Assembly: GCF_009834535.1 (NCBI RefSeq)
Contig: NC_045696.1
Location: forward strand, 44,828,001 to 44,892,000
Length of the DNA stretch: 64,000 nucleotides
DNA from: Camelus ferus
Lineage: Eukaryota
Reading direction: 5' to 3'
Shown here: positions 1 to 11,642 of the stretch, piece by piece
Layout of the letters: every line of letters starts with the position of its first letter
Position numbering within the stretch: position 1 is the stretch's first letter
Translations under genes and position numbers: made by a program
Notes under the pieces: model-generated
Seen by the model: the letters and a program-made list of their open reading frames with translations, nothing else
What the model was told of the DNA's origin: nothing
Database searches by the model: none

Positions 1-672
1 TTTAATAACCAAAATGGAAGAGACTCCACAAGATTCAAATGAGAAATCGTCTTATTAGATGCCCATTAAGTGCCAGGCATTGTCCCTGGGATACAGAGAT
101 TAAAAATATATGATCCCTTCCCTGGTGTAACTGCACTTTCATTATGCTAATACACTGTGTACTTGAAATTCACACAGCTTCAAAATCAGTTATAAAATTT
201 GGTGTATATATAGTGCATTAAAGTTCTATATGGAAGAGGAAAGAAAAATGATCTATAAGAAAGAGCAAACCATTATATTTTTTGAAAAAGGAATTTTTTT
301 GTTTCCCTGCACCTAGCAAAGGACTCACCTCATTGGTACCTAAGCTCTGTAAACTGTTTTCATTCCGTGACTGGCCACGAGAGCACCGTCAGTTGTCAAA
401 AGAATGTGTGTTTTTATAATGCTAAGAGATAACTAGAGTGCATGTCCTGCCATAATTTATAGAATAGATCCAGATCATCTTGGAGTCATTATGTAGTCAA
501 GTGTCTTGCTATATATACTATTGGAAAACAAAGTATTAAATCACAAAATGGTTTCCATGTCTTGGCAGAACTGCCCCTGTGTAGTGCATGAACAGATCTT
601 AAAATACATGCTAGCATTTCCACATTTGGGATCCAAAGTATTGTAGAAAACAAGTGAAATAAAGCAATTTCT

Positions 673-2896
673 ATTTTTTTTAACATTTTTTATTGAGTTA
701 TAGTCATTTTACAATGTTGTGTCAAATTCCAGTGTAGAGCACAATTTTTCAGTTATACATGAACATACATATATTCATTGTCACATTTTTTTCTCTGTGA
801 GCTACCATAAGATCTTGTATATATTTCCCTGTGCTATACAGTATAATCTTGTTTATCTATTCTACATTTTGAAATCCCAGTCTGTCCCTTCCCACCCCCC
901 ACCCCCTTGGCAACCACAAGTTTGTATTCTATGTCTATGAGTCTGTTTCTGTTTTGTATTTATGTTTTGTTTTGTTTTGTTTTTTTAGATTCCACATATG
1001 AGTGATCTCATATGGTATTTTTCTTTCTCTATCTGGCTTACTTCACTTAGAATGACATTCTCCAGGAACATCCATGTTGCTGCAAATGGTGTTACATTGT
1101 TGGTTTTTATGGCTGAATAGTATTCCATTGTATAAATATACCACACCTTCTTTATCCAGTCATCTGTTGATGGACATTTAGGCTGTTTCCATGTCTTGGC
1201 TATTGTAAATAGTGCTGCTGTGAACATTGGGGTGCAGGTGTCATTTTGAAGTAGGGTTCCTTCTGGATATATGTCCAGGAGCGGGATTCCTGGGTCATAT
1301 GGTATGTCTATTTCTAGTCTTTTGAGGAATCTCCATACTGTTTTCCACAGTGGCTGCACCAAACTGCATCCCCACCAGCAGTGTAGGAGGGTTCCCTTTT
1401 CTCCACAGCCTCTCCAGCATTTGTCATTTGTGGACTTTTGAATGATGGCCATTCTAACTGGTATGAGGTGATACCTCATTGTAGTTTTGATTTGCATTTC
1501 TCTGATAATTAGTGATATTGAGCATTTTTACATGTGCCTATTGATCATTTGTATGTCTTCCTTGGAGAATTGCTTGTTTAGGTCTTCTGCCCATTTTTGG
1601 ATTGGGTTGTTTGTTTTTTTCTTATTAAGTTGTATGAGCTGCTCATATATTCTGGAGATCAAGCCTTTGTCAGTTTCATTTGCAAAAATTTTCTCCCATT
1701 CCATACGTTGTCTTTTTGTTTTACTTATGGTTTCCTTTGCTGTGCAGAAGCTTGTAAGTTTCATCAGGTCCCATTTGTTTATTCTTGCTTTTCTTTCTAT
1801 TGCTTGCGTAGACTGCCCTAGGAGAACATTTTTGAGATGTATATCAGATAATATTTTGCCTATATTTTCTTCTAGGAGGTTTATTGTATCTTGTCTTATG
1901 TTTAAATCGTTGATCCATTTTGAGTTGATTTTTGTGTATGGTGTAAGGGAGTGTTCTAGCTTCACTGATTTACATGCTGCTGTCCAGTTTTCTCAATACC
2001 ATTTGCTGAAGAGACTGTCTTTATTCCATTGTATATTCTTGCCTCCTTTGTTGAAGATTGGTTGACCAAAAGTTTGTGGGTTCATTTCTGGGCTCTCTAT
2101 TCTGTTCCATTGGTCCATATGTCTGTTTTTGTACCAATACTATGCTGTTTTGATGACTGTAGCTCTGTAGTATTGTCTGAAGTCTGGGAGAGTTATTCCT
2201 CCAGCCTCTTTCTTTTTCTTCAGTAATGTTTTGGCAATTTTAGGTCTTTTGTGATTCCATATGAATTTTACTATGATTTGTTCTAGTTCTGTGAAATATG
2301 TCCTGGGTAATTTGATAGGGATTGCATTGTATCTGTAGATTGCCTTGGGCAGTGTGACCATTTTAACAATATTGATTCTTTTAATCCAGGAGCATGGGAT
2401 ATCTTCCCATTTTTTTAAGTCTTCTTTAATTTCCTTAAATCAGTGTTTTATAGTTTTCCATGTATAAGTCTTTCACCTCCTTTGTTAGATTTACCAATAA
2501 ATACCAAAATAGGTATTTTATTACTTTGGGTGCTATTTTAAAGGAGATTGTTTCTTTACTTTCTTTTTTCCATTTATTCATCATTAGTACAAAGAAATGT
2601 AACTGATTTTTGAACGTTAATCTTGCAACCTGCTACCTTGCTGAATTCTTCAATTAGTTCTAGTAGTTTTTGTGTGGATCTTTTAGGGTTTTCTATATAT
2701 CGTATCATGACATCTGCATATAGTGACACTTTTACCTCTTCTTTTCCAATTTGGATCCCTTATATTTCTCTCTCTTGCCTGATTGCTGTGGCTAGGACTT
2801 CCAAGACTGTGTTGAATAGGAGTGGTGAGAGTGGGTAGCCTTGTCTTGTCCCAGATTTTAGTGGGAAGCTTTTGAGTTTTTCACCGTTGAGTACCA
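673..2896 (-). mobile_element. LINE-1, 5'-truncated (about 2.2 kb: 3' part of ORF2, 3'UTR, poly-A), young lineage-specific family, disrupted ORF2
   Basis: Minus-strand ORF2 fragments (e.g. [31 protein letters not shown]); T-tract at the left end; 18-bp target-site duplication TGAAATAAAGCAATTTCT at 655-672 and 2897-2914. Confidence 0.96.
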
Positions 2897-4567
2897 TGAA
2901 ATAAAGCAATTTCTTAACTGTCTTTGGTTTGCCGGTCTGCAGCCACATGTCTAAACCCTCACAACTTTTATTTTAACAAGGCTGAAGAGACTATTTATTT
3001 ATTTACAGTCTTATGCTCTTTACTGGTTTAAAATAAAAAGAAATTAAAGTTAAAGTATGGAGGACACTGAACAATTAAAAATTATTGATAAAAATTGTAA
3101 GTTTCCATTATAAAATAAATACATAATGAACGGTTTTAGTAAAACCTTTGTCTCGAATAGCAAAATGAAAACACATTCTCATGGCTTATGTTTTGTATTC
3201 TTTATTTAATATGCTGGAAACCAGTTGTTATGTGGCATTTTTACATGAAATTTGTGTTCTTTGTAATGTTTTTGTTCACTGGAGTAAAATTGCTTTAAAG
3301 AAAAGTAGCTTCCTCAATTGACAGAATTTTAAAATAGGAATTTTATTACCTTTTTCTTTATTTACTAATGTTAATGATTTTATCCTTACTTGACATTTTT
3401 GTACATATTGTGATTGATGAGTAACAGTGAAAGATAGTATCCACCCTGTCTTTTTTCAGAAAGTCCTATGATGGTCTTATTTATATGTTGCAAATTGCCT
3501 TAGCTTTGCATTTTAGCACCACCTGGTGGACAAAATATCATTTTTCCTCCACAGTTTAAAATAGCTCCATCACACTGTCTCCAATTATGACATATCTTAA
3601 CAGATATTTGATTGTAAAAATATTTAACCTTAAGGATAATTGTAAACAAAATAAGGTAAAGAGATCTGAGAAATTTCCTAAGTACTATACTATTGCCAAG
3701 TTAAATGCCTGTTTTTTTTTTAATTTCATGAATATATAGCATGCTTTTGAATAGCGTGTTTTTAATATATGCAAAAATGTGAGTACTGCTGACAACTTAA
3801 TTATTTATCATTTATAGTTTTTCTCAATAAAGAATTAAATAAGACCAGGAAGTTTTCTGTACCTTAGGAGCAGCTATAGCTAAAATTAGATTGTCTACCA
3901 AAAATGCAAGGCAATCACTTTGTAAACGCTTTCCAAAGAATTTTCATACTACACATTCTTATTGTGTTAATATTTTACGTATAATTCAAATTAAAACTAG
4001 TGTTTTAACCATTGCTCCTCTAAAGTAGGCCATTTTCAATGCTCATTCTCCTACTTGTCATTAAAATCCAGTTGTAGTCTTTCATGTGTAAGTTCTTAGT
4101 TATTTAATAGTTTAAAAAGTTTTCCAGAAGTTAAATTTGATAATATTTTCAAATGAAAGACACAAGTTTATTTAAAGCTAGTTTTGAGAATTTTAAGCAT
4201 GTCAATCTTTGTATAGCCCTACACTTCCATGAAATACAGTGAATTTTTTTTTTTAATGAAATACAGTGGAGAAAATACACCCTCGAATTCCACTCTGTTC
4301 CTTTGTCACATGCTACTTATCTATTCGCTGGCAAAACGGGAGGGGTCTCTAGATTTGAATTGTGTGACATTCAAAGGCTTAGTAGCTAAATAAGACCTGT
4401 TGATATTTAAATAGGAAATATGTTCTAACCACATACTTGTTGCATGCCATTTAAGATAAAATTATAATAATCTTCGTTAAGACATACATCTTGAACTGAA
4501 GTTGTTTACTTTGTTACTTCAAGGAAACACTTAAAAATCTCTCTCTTTTTTCCCCTTTTTTCTGAAG

Positions 4568-4668
4568 GTCTTGGATGGTATACTGTAAACTCAGCGTATG
4601 GAGATACCATTATTATGCCTTGCCGACTCGATGTACCTCAGAATCTCATGTTTGGCAAATGGAAATAT
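4568..4668 (+). CDS. ALCAM: ALCAM exon 2 (end of signal peptide, start of V1 Ig domain; GLGWYTVNSAYGDTIIMPCRLDVPQNLMFGKWKY)
   Basis: Pyrimidine tract then gaag|GT acceptor; TAT|gtaagt donor; 101 nt. Confidence 0.97.
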
Positions 4669-5684
4669 GTAAGTGTGACCTACCTTGGACTTGGTTGATT
4701 GCCTCTAGTGTTTGAGAGAAAATTCCTTCTGTGAGTAAATGTGAATTTCAAATGAACATAATGGCAATATTCAACTGTGGGTATAAACGTAGGAAGGTAG
4801 AAATAATGTGTTGAATATGTCAAAAGAATAATTCCTGAGTCTTGCATAACAAATGCTATTTTAAAGTAAAACCAATAAACACGTAATTCTTAGATCGTAT
4901 TAGTCTGCAGTATTCACGCTGAAGTGTTCAAGGCAGAAGAAAAGGTGGAGTTCCAGAGCAGAATTAGTGGAAGATAGGACAGAACTTGGGGAAAGACAGC
5001 AGCCTTTCTCTACGTACTTGTTTTGTTTGGTGTGGTTACTGCAGAGGCACAGTAGCCAGAACACCCAAATGCTCACTCAGAATCAGTCACCTGCATTAGA
5101 AGCCTATTTCTGGTACTTGGTCTTAGAACTGAGTTGATGTGGTTGGTCCTTTTTAAATTTAACACTGCTTATTTTATTCATTTCTTGCAGATAACAAAAT
5201 CATTTTCTCAGGTATCAAGGTATAGATGGGTCTGGAAATGGAGGGTAATATCGCAGTAGGTGAGGTGGAAAGGCTAGGTAGCTCTGACTGATAAAATATC
5301 CTAATTTAATTGCCAAAACCAACAAAAGGTGTCTGTGTGGCACAGTTTTCAAGAGACTCCCAATAGTTTGCAAGATTAAAGCTGACATGTTTCACGGAAC
5401 ACAATTGGCACATTTTCCCTACTTCCTTGAAATGTTAAAAGGTTTTTGAATAGGAAAATATTTGATGGTCAAATAACTTTTCAGAAGTATTTTTATTGCA
5501 ATACTTCTCAGAGCCTTTGCTATATTAAGATACATTATGAATTGTCTGAATTTGGCACATTTCTTAGGTTTATTGAACCACACCATTTTTTCCTCTCAGA
5601 TACCTGCAGGAATGAATTTTCTGCAGAATAGAAATGTGCAAAAGTTAGACCCGAAGGGTGGTATGACACAGGTACTTTAAAATA

Positions 5685-5890
5685 GGGGTCTGGCTGGAGT
5701 CAGTCTGACAAGTTCTACCGTGTACTCTCTGGGGGCTTCTGGACAAGTAGATTAATCCCCATTTGATCAAGGATAAAGTGAGAATGATGATGGTCTTCCT
5801 TACACTGTTGTGAGGGTTACATGCAGTGACTCTTATCAGAATACTTCTCTGGTTCTTGGCACTTGGTAATTGTGTGAAGAGGGTAAGCTA
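5685..5890 (+). mobile_element. MIR SINE remnant (boundaries approximate)
   Basis: MIR-like 3' half: gacaagtagattaa...gttgtgagggttacatg...cttggcacttggtaa. Confidence 0.5.
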
Positions 5891-6589
5891 TTAGGACGGT
5901 GGGGCTGCTAAGCTCTAGTAGGGGCAGCTGGAAGCAGGAGGAGGAGAGGCCGCAAGCACCGTCTGTGCTCTCCCCCCATCATCCAGCTCACAGCAGGTAA
6001 TTCTGAGCTATTTCTGGTTCCTGATAAAGATGGGAAAATGAAGGTGAGGCCTACGTGGACAAAGTCTGTCTGTACCCCTAAAATTCCAAAGGTCTGGGAG
6101 ACTACCATCTAATTCACCCTGGAGTCAAACTTGGTGCCTAGAAAAATGGAATACAGGTGGTGAAAAACTTCTGTGATCATAGACGTTCCCAATGATAGCC
6201 CAGGGAACAGTTTTCACCCAAACTGAAGTGGCACAGTGGCAGTGGAAACAAGCAATAGTGGCCATTTTCAAATCGTTACTGAAACAGGAAGCTTCAGGAA
6301 TAAACTGATGAGATACATGTGAGGTACCACATGCTCTAGAAGCAGTATGGATTTGCAGACACAGTGCACAACCTCTAACTGGTTGTAACCTGAGACACAG
6401 AGCAGATTTGAAAGGAGTGAAAGGGCGCAAACACAGAGGAAAGATGGATTCCTTTCTCCCCTACTGCACGGTAACCTCCCCACGAATGGAGATCACAGCT
6501 CCCTGTGCAGCCTGCCCACCCTACTCCCACCACCTCTTCACCAGCACCGGCTTCTCTCTTGCTGGTACAGAAGAGGCATCTCTGTCGAG

Positions 6590-6830
6590 AGTGATATAGT
6601 GCAGTATTAACGGAGCCAGGCTGTGAAGCTCCAGTCTTGGCGCTGCTGAGATACACTAGCTGGGGCCTTAGACCAGCTATTTAACCAGCCTCTGCCTCCA
6701 TTGTCTAATCTGAAATGGAGCCAATGTTGTAAGTCTAGTTTACAGGGTTGTTGTGAGTATTACATCCATTAATGCATGGGAAGCCCAAAGAAAGTACCTG
6801 GTATATAGTTACTAATTAATAGCTATTAAA
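6590..6830 (+). mobile_element. MIR SINE remnant
   Basis: ggagccaggctg...tttaaccagcctctgcctcc...atctgaaatgg...cagggttgttgtgagtatta...gtacctggtatatag. Confidence 0.7.
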
Positions 6831-7037
6831 GTTTGATGACTTATTTCTTGCATAAGTGAATAAATATGGAAATTTAAGGTACTAGTCTAACATATTTCTC
6901 TTAATGAAGGAATGATGCAGGGCAAGGATTTGCGTTGTAAACCTGTGACAAAATCCAAAGGTTTAGTGAGAATAGTATTGATGTATTCAGATAGTCAACC
7001 AACAAGAACTCTTGGACTCCAAGGTTAGCTTAGTCAT

Positions 7038-7429
7038 TGTCTTAGCGTGGGCTGCCAGAGCAAAATGCCACGGACCGTGCGGCTTAAACAACAGACACTT
7101 ACTTCTTGCGGTTCTGGAGGCTGGGAAGGCCACGAACAAGGCACTGGCAGATTCCGCTCTTGGTGGGGCCCCTTCCTGACTTGTAGAGAGCTGTCCTTTG
7201 CTATGTGTTCACGTGACCTCTTTGTGCTCTCATGGAGAGAGCACAAGCGAGAGCTAATGTCTTTTCCTCTTCTTATAAGGGCACTGATCTCATCACGAGG
7301 GCACCATCTCCGTGACCTCATCTAAACCTAACTACCTTGCAAAGGCCCTGCCTCCAAATACCATCACAGTGGGGATTAGGACCTAGACATATAAATTTGG
7401 GGCAGGACACAAATATTTACTCCATAACA
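7038..7429 (-). mobile_element. ERVL-MaLR solo LTR (MLT1A-like)
   Basis: TG...CA ends, about 392 bp. Typical MLT1 motifs: ggcttaaacaacag, ttctggaggctgggaag, cttataagggcact, tccaaataccatcaca, ttactccataaca. Confidence 0.85.
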
Positions 7430-8357
7430 GTATAAATATTAATATATTTTTAAAAATATTACCCCCATAGCACCTTGGAATTTGTCATGCACTTTAAAAC
7501 ATTTTATCAACAAAGGCCTTGCAAAGCATATAGAAGACAGATTGGCCCTTATTTTAGGTTATTGCTTATTAGGTAAGAGAATGTTTGTGGGAGCAGAGGA
7601 AGAAATGAAGTCTGTGTCTCAGTGCTCTGGCATAATTGTGTATGCCAGATTATGTTTTCTTTTGGAATGAGTTTTTATATAAAGCCCTTTGAGCTAACTT
7701 TTATGACTCAGGTAGCAAAACTATGGATTTTAGTGATTAATCTGATTCTGTTCCTTAATGGACGTGATCGTTTCACAAGGGCAAATACTGTTCCTCCATG
7801 AAGACTCATTAAACTGTGTTATGTGTAAAGGTCAGCTCTGTCAATTCTGAAAGGCGTGGATGTTTAAAGTATGCAGATCAAAGTAATGAACATGCAGAAG
7901 ATAATTGCCCAAGATTTTTAAATGAGTGTTTGCAGCTCAAGTGTATGCTTGCTGTGATAGTTAGCTGAAAATCATTTTGTAACATAACACTAATAGGTTT
8001 GTTTTCATCCATTTTCTTCTTTCATATCAGACATAAGGCCAGCCCTTGTCAGTTTCAAAACAGTTACTAATTCTGTCCTCCAGATGCGAGAAAAGCTCAG
8101 ATTCCTAAAGCTCTGTCCTCTCATTTTCTTATATTTCAGTTGATGCCAGTAAAAGAACTTACGGCTTCTCCTCTTGTGAAGAGTAGTTTTCTCTTCCAAA
8201 GATTTATGGGAGGCTCATATCCAAACTTCTTCTTCTTGGGCAGAACTACAAATATTGGTGGAATAATATGGCCAAGGAAATTTTGTTGTTCTGGTTGTCA
8301 TCCTGAGACATCTGAATACGCCTGTTTTTAAAAATGTATTATTATTTTAATCTTTAG

Positions 8358-8577
8358 GAAAAGCCGGATGGCTCCCCAGTATTTATTGCCTTCAGGTCCT
8401 CGATGAAGAAGAGTGTTCAGTATGATGATGTACCAGAATACAAAGACAGATTGAGCCTCTATGAAAACTACACCTTGTCGATCAGCGATGCAAGGATCAG
8501 TGATGAAAAGAGATTTGTGTGCATGCTAGTGACGGAAGACAACGTGTTTGAGGCCCCTGCAGTGGTCAAGGTGTTCA
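8358..8577 (+). CDS. ALCAM: ALCAM exon 3 (rest of V1, the CD6-binding domain; EKPDGSPVFIAFRSSMKKS...EAPAVVKVF)
   Basis: tctttag|GAA acceptor; TTCA|gtaagt donor; 220 nt; overlaps ORF 8403..8585. Confidence 0.97.
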
Positions 8578-8886
8578 GTAAGTAGCCCGCAGTGCAGCTG
8601 CTAAGCAGGGTTGACGACTGGTGCTAGGAAATGTTCTTTAGAAAGAAGGCTGTGAACCCTGTGGTGTCTCCACAGCAGGCGTCTATGTGAGAGGACTTCT
8701 AGAGATCTTCCTTCTGCTCGTGCATGCTGTCAGTGAGGAAAACAAAAATCCTTGAAATTTGAATAGGAGTTTTGCAGTGAGGAACTATAAGAATATTCTA
8801 TCATTTTGTCGGGTGAAATTTCCTGTGATATGAAGTACTACTAAATGAAACCTGGCCTGTGACATTTACTTTCACTGACATGCACA

Positions 8887-8892
8887 AATAAA
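8887..8892 (+). terminator. Candidate intronic poly(A) signal for soluble ALCAM (intron 3)
   Basis: First AATAAA after the read-through stop TAG (8583-8585); another is at 9181. Confidence 0.4.
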
Positions 8893-8911
8893 TGTTCTGT
8901 GATATATGTAT

Positions 8912-9067
8912 ACACACACACACACACACACAGATACATGATATATACACGTAATCATACGTATCATGCCTACATATATATGTACATTAGGCTGAATCAT
9001 ACATTGTCTTTTGATATATAAAAATAGCAAAATACAAGCAAGAGATATAAGCCTTCTACATATATAT

Positions 9068-9104
<37 letters not shown>
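8912..9104. repeat. Two (CA)n microsatellites: about 10 units at 8912-8932 and about 17 units at 9070-9104
   Basis: Read directly from the sequence. Confidence 0.95.
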
Positions 9105-9107
<3 letters not shown>

Positions 9108-11483
9108 CCTGACCTTTAATGCTTAATGTTTGCTGATTTACTTCTTGAAAGTGTTCCGGTAGTTTAGAAAATTGCCCTGAAATAAAGAAGTTCTCCACAC
9201 GCTGAGTGTGTATGTGAAATACATCAAGAGGAAAAAACAGAGTAGGGGTGGAAGAGAAGGTTGTAGGAGAAACTTGGAGTAATTACTGCAAGTTACTTTG
9301 CCTAATGATAATACATAGTTAATGTTAGTGTGCAAATGGCTATGCAGATGAATGACTTGAGAAGTTTGAATGAAAACACTTCATCTTTTAATAGTCAAAT
9401 AAAGAGTCCCACCCTCATTACATCATTGTATCTTAGAAATTAGAAGGAGAAAAATAGGTCTCAAAAGTTTTAGAATGCTTGTCTTTTTTAATTGGGGAAG
9501 AAGACCTCGATTTTCAGTTTTCCCCTCTGCTTTCTGATAACTTGACAGCACCTAGAAATTATTAAAATAAACAGGGAAGAAAGAAACCCAGAGGGCCTTG
9601 CTGCTCCAGCCAGTAACTGGATTTTTCCTGTTTCTCTTGTAATAGCCTATGCAGCTAACTGGGACGGTCCCTTAAGCATTTATATGGACTTCAAAGCTCC
9701 TGTGGGCTCCTGACAAGGATTCAAAGAGTGCTTATACTATCAAAGGAACCTTTGTTCTCCAGAAGAACCTTGTAAAAGCATATTACACGTTTCAGTTGAT
9801 TAGCTTTCAGCTTAGAAGGCACTTTCCAGAAGCCATCCACTCTTCTCAATCATTTTATGAATCAAACTAAGTACCAGGGTTTTCCCGGTCATGTCCCATC
9901 ACACTGAACACACCAGATAATTTGCATCCTGTATTTGCCAATGTCCCATGTACTTTTTCCCTTTCTTTTCTTTTGTTTCACTTTGATGCTATTAGGAAGA
10001 TGGATGATGCACTGCTAGAAACATTTTCTAAAGAGAGCAACCAAAATTTTTTAATGAGGCCGTGACGTCATAAATAGAAGTATACAACAGGAACGTACTG
10101 AGGTACAGAGATTAAGTCACAGCACTCTAAAGGTTATGTGTATTGATTTGTCACCTTCAGTTTTCTCTTGTTACGATGTTAAAATTACCAAATATCAAGG
10201 CAGTGTACAGGAAAGTTGAGAAAATCTGGGTTGTTCCATTTAGAAGAAACATTTGTGACAATTTTCAAAATGTAAGTTTTTAAAATACCATACTGAACAA
10301 AAATTCAGTTGGCCGAATTCAATTAAATCTGTCAGCTGTTTCAGAATACAGAGGATTTCTATGATTGTGAAAACAAACTCACACCCTGCATACTATCAGC
10401 ACCCCCTACCCTCTTCTTTCTTGAATGTCATTGAAAACAAAGTGATTCTCAGAAACGGAATTTGCATTCCAGGCTCTGAGCCAGGGATAATTTAAATAGA
10501 CAAGTTACACACTAATGAAAATGGGGTTTTATCCTGGAAACTGTGGGACCCTCCAAGTCCAGTTAGATGAACAGCACAGCTCACGATAAAGGGCGTGTTT
10601 GCAAGAGTGTATAGGGGCTTTGATTTTTCAAACATCATGAATTTACTTTGGGTCACTTTTAGTGAAGCAAACAGCAGCTGTGACATGGAGGCTTCGTTCT
10701 CTGCGTGTATATACTGCCGTCACTTAAGAGTTACTAGGCTCGTCAATCAATCCTCTGTCTCCTTCTGTCGAGTCACCTAGCAACAGGCACTGTGTACCGC
10801 AGAACAAGTACGGTTAACGTGAGCTAATCGCAGATCCGCGTGTGGCAGAATACCCTCCTCATGAGCAAAGTCACACTGCTTTTATTCAAACTAGAGGCCG
10901 TGACTGATGACTTTATTACCTCCAGTGTAGGTTTGTTTATTTGGCTTTAAGCTATACCTCAGTTAAAAGGAATCAGGTCCATAAAGCAGCCCAACTCCAA
11001 AAATAAGTCACATGCTTTGTCACCAACATGGCTTTTTTTTTTTTTTTTTTGGTAGTTGAATGGCATCAAAATCAAACTATTTGCTGTCTGCATTTAATAC
11101 ACATTTGAAGTTAATAAAACCATCCCATAGCAAGAGAACTTTAAAAGTTCCCAGAGATTCATTCCAGTGATGGTGCAAAAGTCTTAGAAGTCAAATAGAT
11201 TGACTTAGAACTGAATGGCTGTCAGTGATATAAGTGGAAAAAAATCACTGAACTGGTCATTCAGGAGATCTGGCTCTGTGAGATCCGCTGCTAATTCTGA
11301 CCTTGGATGAGTGGTGTCACCAGTCTGGGGCTGCAGTTCCCCCCTCACCAGTAAATGAGTGCTTTGATTAGGCGGTGGTTTCCCCGCTCTGTTCCAAGGA
11401 TCCTCCTGACAAGCTAATGAAAGGGCTGAGCGGGGTGAGGACCTGCTTCTACTCAATTAGCTAGAATTCTACCCACTGAATAT

Positions 11484-11642
11484 TTCATGGTATTTTGTTC
11501 AGGAGAAAGACAAACAAACAAAAAGGAGATGGACTCTAGCTCTAAAAAAATAGCATTTGCTATTCGTTCATGATATTTTGTTCAGGAGAAAGACAAACAA
11601 ACAAAAACAGATGGACTCTAGCTCTAAAAAAATAGGATTTGC
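11484..11642. repeat. Tandem duplication of about 77 bp (11484-11560 and 11567-11642)
   Basis: ttcatgRtattttgttcaggagaaagacaaac...tctaaaaaaatagSatttgc occurs twice, with about 3-4 differences and a 6-bp spacer. Confidence 0.95.

Noticed and set aside
985..2948. Long ORFs on both strands (170, 192 and 145 aa etc.) as host or novel genes
   Set aside because: The minus-strand ORFs are broken L1 ORF2, and the plus-strand ones are their antisense shadows. The element is 5'-truncated and cannot retrotranspose autonomously.
1..4567. ALCAM exon 1, promoter or CpG island
   Set aside because: There is no signal-peptide exon (MxSKG...) or CpG island in the window; this is the end of the large intron 1.
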